Below, in pieces: positions 24,746 through 37,570 of a stretch of 64,000 nucleotides of DNA; position 1 is the first letter of the stretch; each line of letters starts with the position of its first letter. The notes beneath the pieces were generated by a model, which saw only the letters and a list, made by a program, of their open reading frames with translations, did no database searches and had not been told where the DNA came from. The stretch lies in NCBI RefSeq assembly GCF_004010195.1, contig NC_057750.1, forward strand, positions 15,432,537 to 15,496,536. The letters are read 5' to 3'. The position numbers and the translations under genes were made by a program. Origin of the DNA: Chiloscyllium plagiosum (Eukaryota).

Positions 24746-26949
24746 TTTAGAAAGCTCCAATATTGGAGGCATCAACAAATCCCAAACCCCAGTTCACCCA
24801 CTGCAGTCAATGGTAACAGAAGGAATCAAGCAAAAACATGCTTTAACAGGTAGTTTTCAGCTTTATGGTAAATATCAATATATAACTACAAAATAATACA
24901 TGCTGGGATGTTGCTTAAGTTTAAAGTCTGGGTTGCGTGCCCGAGTCAGCCTTGTGTGACTGCAGCCTGTCAGATGACAAAAAGGTGAAGAAAGATGACC
25001 ACGACAGAACGTGATGGTCTGCAGCAATCCAGAAGACAATTGTGGCAGAGTCTGATTGGTTAAGGGGATATACAGGTAATGTAGGCCTAGTGTGATTGGT
25101 TATGCTAATATAACAACATAACTTTCGAGTACTCTCGCTGTTTGGGGACTTTTCGGAGTTGGCTTCTCTGATGGCCACAGCTTTTGTTTACAAATAAAGG
25201 CTTTTTACCTTGAGGAATTCTAGGTCTCCTCATCATTCCTAAAAGGTGCTATTAACCACAACAGCTTCTCCCTCTTTTCATCGTAAAAACTGAGGGAAAC
25301 ATACATTTCAACTTTCATGAGGCTCTTTCACAATCATTTCAGACTCCCAACATTGGTATTTTTGGGGAGGCAAGGGAAAATATCAAATTTTGTTTGTGAC
25401 AGATGTCAGATAGTTCAAACTTTATTGGGCTGGCTTAGCTGTTCTTGAAAAGCTGGCATAGGCACAACAAACCAAATGACTTCCTTGAATCTCACCCTGT
25501 GGTTTGAAGTAGCAAAGTGTAGCCCTACATAAAGACATTGTTGAGGATTGAAGGACACACACCAGGCAGCGAGCCACCACACATTCAAAGATGGTATGCG
25601 ACAGTGAAAACATGGTCAATGGAGTAGTTTGTGTGCTGGCAGTGCTGAATCTGCTGAGTGTTTAAGTGCCAATACTACCCAAGTAAAACAGAGTGAAAGG
25701 CTCAGTAATAAGCTCAGGATGGATGAGAATTCACTCAATGTACAGCAATCAGTCATGAGATACCTGCTGTTTTGGGGAAGTTTGTTTAACATTCATCTTG
25801 CTGTCCTCAATCACTACTACTCAAAGAAAGTTTATTTGCCTGTTATCAGAGTGGTGCTTGTCAGAGCTTGCTGTGCACAAATTGGTACACATTTTTCCTT
25901 TCCTGCACACAATGGCAACACTTCTAAAGTACTGTAAAACATTATAAGACAGCTCAGGTCATGGTCTTCCTTCATCGTATGGTAACTGGACTGCGTAGTT
26001 AGGGAGCCAGCCACAGACATTCAGGAAGCAGAGTGATGTGGGGTATTCCCTTCTCTCCCATGGGAGACAAACGACTGGATTGGTTTTTAGGAGTTGCTGA
26101 GGAAAGCTGATTCATTCCAGCCTTTCCAGAAATAATGAACTTCCAGTATCTGTGGGCAATCAAAGTGCTGATGAGCTCCTGGGGTTTAAGAGGAAGTTTT
26201 CGCACAGCTTCCTGAATTAGCAAATTAGTCTGTTGTTTCCAACCTCTCAGGAAATGAAGAACATAATGATGAGTTTCAGTGGAAAAAGGGCTGGATCATA
26301 CTAATCCAAGAGTTCAGCAGAAATTAGTCTTGAAATGTGCATATTTCCCTGAAACCTTGTTCAGCTAAAAGGAGAACATTCCTCCTCTGTTCCTAATCAC
26401 TTTTCAATGTACAGTGCCTTACTCAGGCAGGAAGTGACTGCAGAACATGAGATAAAGTACTTCCGGCTGATTCCTGAATCAGCATTTCCAGTGGATATTA
26501 CTACCTTTGTTTCCTCACTCAAGCATCTGAGGAGTGAAGGGCTACATCAAAGAGTGTCTCACACAAAAATACAAACAAAAGAGGTGAGGAAAAAGGGATG
26601 CAGAAAGGGAACCAAAGAACGGGCTGGAGGTCGTGATGAGAGAGACTTGAGAAAATCAGACTAAGTAGGTGCTAGAGAGGGAGACACAATTTCAAGAGAG
26701 ACAGAGAGAATTCACAAGTGAGCATAACTTTGCACTGCCCTCAATGTAAAGCATTTCCATTCCGGTTCCACCTCCTCTACCTCGTTCAAGTCTAAAATTA
26801 CAACTGTTTTCTCCAAATTAACTTGAATCCAAACTAACACATGAATGTCCCTTGATTCCAACTCAGACACATTGGCATCTTTAAGTTCACGCATAGAATG
26901 CGATTTTATCAATGATCTCAGATTAAAACATCCCTTAGGGTGAACCAAG

Positions 26950-27478
26950 AATACAATGAACAGTTTTGGTCCCCTATAAGATATACATTACTTGAAATGG
27001 AGGCAGTACAAAGAAGGTTCACGAGGTTGATCCTGAAAGGAGGGTTTTTATTTTATGAGGAGACATGGAGTATTTTGGGCTTACACTCATTGGAGTTTAG
27101 AAGAACAAGTTTCATTCCATGGAACATGAGATTCTTAGCAGATTTGACAGGACAAATTCAGTGAAGTTGTTTCCCCTTATGGGAGAGTCTTGGAACACAG
27201 AGCATAATCTCAGAATAAGGGGCTGAGATGAGGAGGTATTTCTTCTCTGAGAAGGTAATGGCTCTGTTGAGCTCTTTACCGCAATGGGCATCACAGAGTC
27301 ATTAAATATATCCAAGGCTGAGATCGACAGATGTTTAAATGAATGAGCAAATCAAAAGTTATGGAGATAAGGCAGGAAAGTGGATTGAAGTAGTATTAGA
27401 TCAGCCATGATTTTATTGAATGGCAGAGTAGACAATTGTTCAAAATACCCACTTCTAGCCCTGTATTTTATGGTTTAA
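26950..27478 (+). mobile_element. Decayed CR1-type LINE 3' fragment
   Basis: QFWSP...EAVQRRFTRLI...LGLHSLEFRR; GATCAGCCATGAT tail. Confidence 0.8.
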
Positions 27479-28471
27479 GACTATCGTCAGTAAAAGTAAG
27501 TACTAAACTTTGAAAGAGTTAATTGATTAATTCTGTGGCTGATTAAATTTAAAGAGGAACTGACAGTACAATGGAGTGGAATAAGTGGAGAGAATGATAA
27601 GTCAATAAACTCAATTCACAAGGAAAGAGTGTCAAGATCTGTTTCACCAACAGGATGAAAATAGAGTTGATAGGCATTGCTTCTACAGCCAGCAATTACT
27701 GCCTGTCCCATAGAGCCCTTGAGAACTGATGATGAGCCAACTTCGCAAACACAATGGAATAGCCTTCTGATATATTAATACAGTTACAAAGGATCAGGCG
27801 TAGATCATTCGCACCCTCGAGCCTGTACCACCATTCAAAGAGATCATACTCCATATTCTGACTTTTGACACATATCCCTTAATTCCATTGCGCAACAAAA
27901 ATTTACCTATCTCAGATTTAAAATCAACAACTGTTCCTGCATCCACAGCCATTTGTGGTCGAGTGTTAGAAACATCTACCACCCTTCATATGTAGGAATG
28001 CTTCGTAACATCTTTCCTATTTGTCTGGCCCTAATTCTCAGACTATGGCCCCTACTTCTTGAATCCTCAACCAGTGAGAATAGTTTATCTTTATCTATGT
28101 CTTTTTCTGTTAATATCTTGAAGACTTTAGTCAGGTTTGGTTACATCTTAATCTTCTAAATGCTAGAGAAAACAGGCCTAATTCCTCCTCATAACTTAGC
28201 CCTTCAGGGCCTTTCATGATTCTTGTAAACCTACATTGTAACCCCTCAAAAGCCAACATGTCCTTCCGACACTGATGCCCAGATCTGCTCACAGTATTCC
28301 AAGTGGGATCAAACTAGGGTTTTGTACAACTGCAGCACAGCTTCTGCATCCATGTGTGCTAGTCCTACAGATATAAAGGTCAACATTCCATTATTAGCTT
28401 TCTTGGTTATTTTCTGCACCTGTGTGTGACATTTTAAAGATCTATGCACCTGAACAGCCAGGTTTCTTTAC

Positions 28472-28645
28472 ACAGGAAAATCGATGTTTTGGGCAAAAGC
28501 CCTTCATCAGGAAGACCATTCCTGATGAAGGGCTTTTGCCCAAACATCAATTTTCCTGCTCCTCGGATGCTGCCTGACCTGCTGTGTTTTTCCAGCACCA
28601 CACACTTGATTCTAATCTCCAGCATCTGCAGTACTCACTTTCACC
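28472..28645. mobile_element. Short fold-back PLE terminus with two facing hammerhead motifs
   Basis: GGGCAAAAGCCCTTCATCAGGAA gacca TTCCTGATGAAGGGCTTTTGCCC. Confidence 0.85.
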
Positions 28646-28761
28646 TAAGTTTCTTTTGACATCCATTGCATATAACTTCATACCACCTATAAAGTACCCT
28701 GACTTATTCTTTATCAGTCCAAATTGGAGAACCTCACACTTGCTTACACTAAACTCCACCT

Positions 28762-29462
28762 GTCCCCCCAGACGTGGTCGCCGATGCCCTCCACCGCATC
28801 TCCTCCACTTCCCGCTCCTCCGCCATTGAGCCCTGCCCCTCCAACCGCCACCAGGACAGAACCCCACTGGTCCTCACCTACCACCCACCAACCTCCATAT
28901 ACAGCGTATCATCCGCCGTCATTTCCGCCACCTCCAAACGGACCCCACCNNNNNNNNNNNNNNNNNNNNNNNNNNNNNNNNNNNNNNNNNNNNNNNNNNN
29001 NNNNNNNNNNNNNNNNNNNNNNNNNNNNNNNNNNNNNNNNNNNNNNNNNNNNNNNNNNNNNNNNNNNNNNNNNNNNNNNNNNNNNNNNNNNNNNNNNNNN
29101 NNNNNNNNNNNNNNNNNNNNNNNNNNNNNNNNNNNNNNNNNNNNNNNNNNNNNNNNNNNNNNNNNNNNNNNNNNNNNNNNNNNNNNNNNNNNNNACTCAG
29201 CACCGCTTTCCTAACCTGCAATCTTCTTCCTGACCTCTCTGCCCCCACCCCCACTCCGGCCTATCACCCTCACCTTGACCTCCTTCCACCTATCGCATTT
29301 CCAATGCCCCTCCCCCAAGTCCCTCCTCCCTACCTTTTATCTTAGCCTGCTGGACACATTTTCCTCATTCCTGAAGAAGGGCTTATGCCCGAAACATCGG
29401 TTCTCCTGTTCTTTGGATGCTGCCTGACCTGCTGCGCTTTTCCAGCAACACATTTTCAGCTC
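28762..29462 (+). mobile_element. 5'-truncated PLE (internal gap)
   Basis: DRTPLVLTYHP; terminus with CTGAAGAAGGGCTTATGCCCGAAACATC at 29371-29398. Confidence 0.9.
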
Positions 29463-30409
29463 TGTCACAGTTCAGCCCATTTGTTTAGCATAAAATTAAG
29501 AGATGTGACAGATCATCATCTACACTGTACAATGCCACCTTTGTGTCACTAGCAAATTTGGATGTATGACTTTCTCTGTCATTCTCCAAGCTGTTAATAT
29601 AAAATGTCAATAACTGAGGCCCTGACAGTTTGTGGGACCTTACTGGTGACATCCAGCTAATTTGAGTATCTAACCCTTATTCCAACTTTCTATCACCTGC
29701 CATTCAACCAATTTCCTAGCCATATCAATACTTTTCCACAATTCTGTGGGCTTCTACTTTTGATAACAGCCACTTGTGTAGGAATTCAAATTCTTTCTGG
29801 AAGTCCAGATAAACAACATGCAGAGACATTCTTCTGTCCACTACCTTAGTCACCTCTTCAAAAAAATTCAGTGAGGCTTGCCAGGCCGGTCATGAATCTG
29901 TGCTGGTTCTCCCTCAATAACTGAACATTTTCAAGGTGTTCAGTTACCCCATCTTTGATTAGAGACGCCAACAATTTCCCCACCACAGATGTTAGGCTAA
30001 CTGGTCTCTAATTCCCTAGTTTTCCTCTATTACCTTTGCTTTTTAACAAAGTGACATGCAATTTTCCAAACCAGATAGACGAGTTCTGTATCTAGGGAAC
30101 TCCGAAAGATTAGAGTTAGGATACCTATAATGTACTTCCCTACTTCCTTTAACACTCTTGGATGGAAACTGTCAGGTTTCAGGGATTTGTCACTCTAATT
30201 TCATTAATTTCCTCAGTACCGACAATTTACTTACGTTAATTTTTTTCAATTCCCACTATTAATTTCTCAGGACTTCCAGCAAGCTATCCCTCTTTGCCTC
30301 AGTATTTACTGTAGAAAAGTAATTATTCAACATGTCTGCCACTTTCCAATAGTCACTGATAATATCCCCACTTTCAGTCCTGACTAGGCCAACATTGTGT
30401 TTTTGGTCA

Positions 30410-30618
30410 GGAACAAATTGCTGGAGAAACTCAGCAGGTCTGGCAGCATCTGTGGATAGAAAGCAGAGTTAACGTTTCAAGTTCTGATGAAGAGTCCAAG
30501 GACTCAAAATGTTAACTCTGTTTTCTCCCCACAGATGCTGCCAGATCTGCTGAGTTTTGTGAGCAATTTCTGTTTTTGTTTCAGATCTGCAGCAATTACA
30601 GTTCTTTGTTTTATATTA
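30410..30618. mobile_element. Fold-back PLE-type terminus, distinct family
   Basis: AAACTCAGCAGGTCTGGCAGCATCTGTGG...AGAGTTAAC vs GTTAACTCT...CCACAGATGCTGCCAGATCTGCTGAGTTT, with CTGATGA-A-GAGTC..GACTC-AAAA in the loop. Confidence 0.75.
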
Positions 30619-31202
30619 TTGCTCCTGTCCACCAAAATTCCCTTTATGTAACTCTAACATCTCTTCTCACTGATCTGGGTATCTCTGGCAAATTTCCTTT
30701 TACAATCTCTTACAGTAGATCTTAGAAGCTGCTTTCTAGTCCTTTGCTGATCTTTGTATCTTTCCCATTCAGCAGAATCTGGGCTGCTTTTTCATAAACT
30801 TTAGTTTTACCGTGTTCCTTATCTCTTTAGTTGCCCATGACAGTTTTTGTTCAAATGGAGCTTTTCCTTCTAGGATATTGTGTTAAATGTTTCTTTCGAC
30901 ATCCTCCACTGTTCTTCAGTAGTTTTACCCAATTGCAGATTTCCCAGTCACTGTGGACAGTCTCGGTCTCATCTCATTAAAGTCAGCCTTACCTAAATCT
31001 AAAACTCTAGCAGTTGCTCCGTGCTTTTCTCTTACAAATGAACTCAGTCAGGTTATGATTATTATTTGATAAATGTTCATGCATAATTAGGTTACTAATT
31101 CAATTTGGCTCATCACTCATTACTAAATCCAACATTGCTGGTCGCCTTGTTGTTTCCAGGAAATATTACCATCAGAAACTATTCCAGGCATACCCCAGAA
31201 AT

Positions 31203-31565
31203 GAGGTAAAAACAATGACTGCAGATGCTGGAAACTAGATTCTGGATTAGTGGTGCTGGAAGAGCACAGCAGTTCAGGCAGCATCCAAGGAGCTTCGAAA
31301 TCGACGTTTCGGGCAAAAGCCCTTCATCAGGAATAAAGGCAGTGAGCCTGAAGCGTGGAGAGATAAGCTAGAGGAGGGTGGGGGTGGGGAGAAAGTAGCA
31401 TAGAGTACAGTNNNNNNNNNNNNNNNNNNNNNNNNNNNNNNNNNNNNNNNNNNNNNNNNNNGCAGAGTGGGAGGGGGAGTTGAAATGTTGGGCTACGGGG
31501 CGGTGTGGTTGATTGGTGCGGGTGTCCCGAAGATGTTCCCTAAAGCGCTCTGGTAGGAGGCGCCC
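31203..31565 (-). mobile_element. PLE 3' fragment
   Basis: RLLPERFREHLRDTRTNQPHRPVAQHFNSPSHS; TSD ACCCCAGAAAT (31192-31202, 31566-31576). Confidence 0.9.
31298..31335 (-). ncRNA. Minimal hammerhead ribozyme motif, core intact
   Basis: Minus strand CTGATGA-A-GGGC-TTTT-GCCC-GAAA-CGTC: CUGAUGA box, stem II hairpin, GAAA box, palindromic ACGU stem III, GUC triplet. Confidence 0.75.
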
Positions 31566-33236
31566 ACCCCAGAAATTCACTACTTTTTTGACAAGTGTTT
31601 GTCTGCATCTCCCAATCCATGTTCAAGTTAAAATCCCCATATTAAATATCAACATTGCTCTAGGCCAGAGCCAAAGACAAAACCAGGTAAGGATGGTATG
31701 AATTAGATGGATTTTTATGACAATCCAGTAATTTATGATCACTACTACTTATCCAATTTATTCCTGGCTTGTATTTCACTAATTTAGGAAGGATGTAACA
31801 ACACTAGAAAGGTGGTTAACATCTTCAAGGAATCTTTACATAAAGTAGTCAGGGAAAAACTGTTGAATTGACAGAAGACCAAGAATGAAGGTGCTCAGAT
31901 TTTGGTGAATTGGCAGGATCAAAGGAAAATCTTCATGCAGCCAATGTATGGGATCTAGAAAGCAATGCCCAAGAGAGCATGGTGGCATAAATTCAATCAA
32001 GGTTTTCGGGGAATCAGATTCTTAGCTGAAAAGGAAGTATGAGAAGGGCTACAAGGAGAAGACCAGAGGAGTGGCAATAAGAGGAAAGTTCATTTGGAGC
32101 GCCAGCGCAGACAAGACAAACAAGGTAGCCCCCTTCTGTACACTGACGTCGAGCCTAAATTTCCTGTCTGCTGTGCTGGAATTTGGATTGGTCTTCATTT
32201 TACCAGGTCAACAAAGTATCCTAAGTTATGCTGCTGCAAATTTCTGCCAGTGCCAAAACTCTTCCCACTTATCTTCAGCAACTGGCTACAAAAGCTAAAC
32301 AGTCTCACTTCCCTGTCCAAATAACCTCAGGAGAAACTATTCTTGCACCTTGTTATTTTAGCGTATTAGTGGTGACTCTCAGCTCATGTTCCTTTGATAC
32401 TTTCTTGCCTCAGTTTCAAAATTGTTACCCTTGTTTTCAAATCATTTCCTTGGTCACTCCTCCCCATCTTTGTAACATTCTCTTCCCAACAATAGTCCAA
32501 GTTTTGGAATTCGCTCTCTCCATCTCCCTGTAACATGGACCAGACTTAGAGAAAGGAGGACAAGAGTTTGTCTATGTGATTTGGGATGTTTTGTTCGAGA
32601 ATATTCTATGTTATTAAGTCGCTTTATAAATACAAGTTCTTGTTGCCATAATCTTTAGCATATAGAATATATAGAATTTCAAGGCAGGAAAAGGCCAGTG
32701 ATTCAACCAGTCCTTGCTGGTGTTTTTCCCCTTTCCCAATTCATTTCCCTCAGTTCCCTTCCCAAAACTTAGCCAAACGTAACAAGTTCTTCCAAACTTC
32801 CAGCCCTTTCCCTGTTCCAGCAGAGAAATAAATCCCCAATTTTCTAAGCCTTTTGCTTTGGAACTATAAACTCTTGGCTTCAGAGTCAGCCAAATACATC
32901 TTCACTGCCTTCCTTGCCCTTGCTTCACATCCCTCGTGCAATCTGATGGTCAGAACTGTGTGCAATCCTTGAACTGTGACCCAACCGAAATCTTTCACAA
33001 GCTCCACGGCACTTCCTTGATTCTGTATTTAATCTTAACTACTCACTTCCTAGCAAATGCCTACTTAGCAGGCTTACATCTTTCTGCATCACTCCTCTGT
33101 TTTGACGTCTTGTCTGTGCTCAGATAATTTATATACACAGATATTGAGGTGTTCCAGGACAGATACCCACATCATTGTCCCACTCATCTCTATTTGTTTC
33201 TTTCCAGCATACGCCCAATCAATCACTATCTATACT

Positions 33237-33553
33237 ATAGATTAGATTAGATTACATTACAGTGTGGAAACAGGCCCTTCGGCCCAACAAGTCCACACCG
33301 ACCCGCCGAAGCGCAACCCACCCATACCCCTACATTTACCCCTTACCCAACACTACGGGCAATTTAACATGGCCAATTCACCTGACCTGCACATCTTTGT
33401 GACTGTAGGAGGAAACCGGAGCACCCGGAGGAAACCCACGCAGACATGGGGAGAATGTGCAAACTCCACACAGAGTCGCCTGAGGCGGGAATTGAACCCG
33501 GGTCTCTGGCGCTGTGAGGCAGCAGTGCTAACCACTGTGCCACCGTGCCGCCC
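33237..33553 (-). mobile_element. Near-full-length HE1-like V-SINE
   Basis: tRNA-like head GGGCGGCACGGTGGCACAGTGGTTAGC...GGTTCAATTCC, V-domain, CR1-like tail GGGCCGAAGGGCCTGTTTCC, (TCTAA)n end. Confidence 0.93.
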
Positions 33554-34209
33554 ATAAATATTCCCATAAATATAATATTCCACCTAATAACACGTCTTAA
33601 TTGGTGAAACGTTAAAGCACCCGAAGTTCAGTGGGAAGTACTCTCACTTCTGTCAGAAGGTTCAAGCCCTCTCTTCAGATGCTTGAGCAGCATTAAAGCA
33701 CATGAGCAACCTAGTTCCATAACATCACAATCTTCAAATATTGGAAATGCAAAGACAAAAAAAGGACCTCATATTTCAAACTGCTGAAGAACCGTAAAAC
33801 AGAGTTAACATGTTAAGTGCAGATAACTTGGTATGAACATACAACATCTGACAATTATCTGCCTGATAAGTTTCCATATCCTTTAAGATCCCACTGAAAT
33901 CTGTGCAAGTCCTAACTGTCGAAATTCTCTGATCTCTTTGCAGGTCCTCACCAAACTACTATGATTCCCTGTTCTTGGAATTCAATTGTTCGACAGAGAG
34001 GAGTCAAATTTTTGAAGCGGTATGATGTGTTCCTGAAGCCTTTCCAGTCTATTCTGCTGACTTACAAATCTAACAGACGGTCTCAATTATATACCGACCA
34101 TGACAAGGTATGAAATACCGTTTGTGATAACTGGATAAAGCACAAGAAAGGAAGTGGAGCTGATGGTTTTGGAGACAGAGGCAGGGGGAATCAGTTATTT
34201 CCATGTGTA

Positions 34210-34755
34210 GGTAGGTTACCATGCAATTCTGGTCATCCTTCCTATCAGAAGGATGTTATGAAACTTGAAGGGTTCAGAAAAGATTTACAATGACATTGCC
34301 AGGGTTGGAGGATTTGAGCTATAGGCTGACACTGAATAGGCTGGGACTGTTTTCCCTGGAGCATCGAAGGCCGAGGAGTGACCTTATACAGGTTTATAAA
34401 ACCAGGGGGAATGGATAGGGTGAATAGACAAAGTCTTTTCTCTGGGGTGGGGGTGTCCAGAACTAGAGGGCATAGGTTTAGGGTGCGAGGGGAAAGATAT
34501 AAAAGGGAACTAAGGGGCAACTTTTTCACAGAGGGTGGTGCATATATGGAATGAGCTGCCAGAGAAAGTGGAGGAGGCTGGTACAATTGCAACAATTAAA
34601 AGGTAACTGGATGGGTATATGAATAGCAAGAGTTTAGAGGGATATGGGCCAAGTGCAAATGGGACTAGATTAGGTTAGGATATCTGGTCGACACAGACAA
34701 TTGGACCGAAGGGTCTGTTTTTGTGCTGTACATCTCTATGAGACTATGATTCTAA
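34210..34755 (+). mobile_element. CR1-type LINE 3' fragment
   Basis: Homologous to 1540-2066. Confidence 0.9.
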
Positions 34756-36287
34756 TTAATAACAGATCTGCCAAATGCTATTTTCCAACATCTGACAACA
34801 GACAAGAATGTCAACAAACCAGAATTAGAATGGATAGTGCCTTTCACCATATCTGATCTGCAGCCCAACATTTAACCTTCCAATCACGGTAGATACAGTT
34901 CTATCAATATATCACAGAGGCACAGTAGTAGCCCTCTAACACCGATTTCATCACTGCATAACACTTCGGTATGGTGCTGGGTGAAGGCATTTATGTACTA
35001 CTTCACCCTATCCCCCACCCAAACCCTAAACAGCACTTTGAAAAAGCATTCTACATAAAGGAAAGCAAGGGATAAGTAGAAGGTAGAATAAGCATTAACT
35101 GTGATAAATTATTGAACTAATATCTCAACAGAAATGGTACTGTTATGAGGTAAGACATACGGCAGAGGTGGTCAAGTTCACCAAGATAATCAAAACCTTT
35201 TAAGGAACAAAAAAAAGCAAGCCCTTCATTTGTGTTTACACAGGAGTCTGAGAAAAAACAAATCAAGAACTGGATAAAAGTGAGCAAGAAGCATTATCAT
35301 TGACAAAAAGGAAATGCTTATATAAGTTAGTTAGCTAAAGGTTGGGATTGGAGACAAAAAGAATGCTTAGCGAAGTTGGAGAAAAAATACGAGCAGTCTA
35401 AAATGTTCTATTCCCAGCACTGTTGAATCAGACTGGAAGTCTTGTTTTTTATAGAAACCTTCCCCACAAAAATATACTTCCAAAAAATTTTAAATGTTTT
35501 ATAACGTACTTTTAAAATGTATTTTTAAACTTAAATTTCAGAAGTTGCAAAAAAAATCCATCTTGTTTCCATACTCATGCCTCACCACAATTGCAGTAGC
35601 CTTAATATTTGCAATATAAATTTCACATTAGGTCCACAGTCCGAGGCAAAATGTTACAAAGTGAAAATCAGCAAAAAGTGCACTAAAGATAAATTCTTCT
35701 TCCTATAATGATATTCCACTCTGGGGTGCCTCAATACAATTTCAATATTCTTGGTGCTCAGTTTGAGTACTATGGCTGAAAGACCTTAGACACATTAACG
35801 AGAGGTAACCAGTTGGTCCTGCCATCTAGAAATGGAGCTCTTAGAACATGAGGAGCTGTAACATTGAAATGACTGAAGGTCATCACTTTTTGTCCAATAG
35901 AACCGTCAGAAATAGGGATATTTGAAGTTTGGAACTGTGATTCCAAGTGTTAATAAAGAAAACAGAGCTAACCTAAGAGAATAACAGGCCAGGTGAGTCT
36001 CACATCATTAATAAGGTGGTTTTTGGGACTTGAATTATAAATTACCTAATTGAATATCTAAAATGATACAAAGTAGTCCAATACTGATCTCTGAAAACAA
36101 GTCTGTTCTTAGCAAGTACATAGGACTCCAGGAGAAGCTGAACACAGTGAATACAGATGCGATGTCCATGGGCTATGAGTGAATCATAGAAATGGGTTCA
36201 TGCAGATAATATGAGTAGTCAAAGGGGTGGGAGATGGAGAGCAAGTTGGTTCAAGGGGTAAAAAAACTGGTGAGATCAGAAGACAGA

Positions 36288-37570
36288 TTATAGAGAAATA
36301 CAACATGGAAACAGACCCTTCGACACAACCAGTCCATGCTGACCATGTTCCCAAACTAAACTTGGCCCATATCCCTCCAAACCTTTCCTATTCATGTACT
36401 TATCCAAATGTCTTTTAAACATTGGCAAATGGAATTTAATATAGAGAAGCACAAGATCTTGCATTTTGGAAAGTCAAACCAAGGTAGGAGTTGCACGATG
36501 AATGGTAGGGCCACATGGAGTGTAATGGAACAAGGGGATCTTGAAGTTCAGGTTCACAGTTCTCTGAAAGTGAAGTCACAGGTAGACAGGGCAGTGAAGG
36601 TGGCTTTTGGCACACTGGCCTTCTTCAGTCAGGGCATTGAGTATAGAAGTTGGGAAATTATGTTGCAGTTATACAAGACGTTGGTGAGGCCACACTTGGA
36701 AGTATTGTGTTCAGTTTTGGTAATTTTGTATCGGAAAGATGTTATTAAACTGGAAAGAGTGCAGAAGAAATGTACAAGAATGTTGCTTGAATGCAATGGT
36801 CTGAGATAAAGGAACAGGTTGGACGAGCTAGGACATATTTTCTTTAAGAGCATAGGAGACTGAGGGGGGATCTTATAGAAGTGTATAAGATCATGAGAGG
36901 CAAAGAAAGGGTGAATGCACAGAGTCTTTTTCCCAGGGTTGGGGAATCAAGGATTAGAAAGCATTAATTAAGGCTAGAGTTGAAAGAATAAAAAAGGGAA
37001 CCTGAGGGGCAACTTTAACTTTTTTTCTTTACACAGAGGGTGGTACGCATGTGGAATGAACTGCCATTGGAAGTGATTGAGGCCAGCACGTTAACAACAT
37101 TTAAAAGACATTTGGACAAATATGTGGTTAGGAAAGGATTAGAAGAATATGGGCCAAGTGCAGGGAAATGAGGTTAGCATGGACAGACATATTGGTCAGC
37201 ATTGGGCTAAAGGGTCTGTCTCCGTGCTGAGAACCCTGTGACTCTATCTGAATCCACTCCTTCTCTGGAAGTTCATTCCACATATGAACCACTCTCTGTA
37301 TACAGAATGCCCCTCAAGTTCTTTCTAAATCTTTCTCCTTTCACCCTAAACATATGTCCCCTAGTTTTGAAATCCCCCACCATAGGGTTATTCATCTCAT
37401 CTATGTCCTTCATGTCCTTATAAACCTCTAAGGTCACCTGTCAACTTCCTATACTCCAGTGAAAAAAGTCCCAGCCTTTCCAGTCTATTTTTATGTCTCA
37501 AACTCTCCATTCCTGGCAACATCCAAGTAAATGTTTACTAGACCTTCTCCAGTTTAATAATGTCCTCCTA
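36288..37570. mobile_element. Nested CR1 LINEs: plus-strand copy (~36420-37245) inside a minus-strand copy
   Basis: WQMEFNIEKHKILHFG...IEYRSWEIMLQLYKTLVRPHLE on plus; minus-strand tail at 36288-36420 resumes at ~37250. Confidence 0.85.

Larger units (their letters stand above)
27788..31720 (-). mobile_element. Long old CR1-type LINE fragmented by PLE insertions
   Basis: Tail at ~27790; ORF2 remnants (QVEFSVSKCEVLQFG; inverse [16 protein letters not shown] sequence near 29970-30020) continue between the PLE inserts. Confidence 0.7.

Noticed and set aside
33480..33553. tRNA gene
   Set aside because: tRNA-like head continues directly into a V-SINE body and LINE-like tail.
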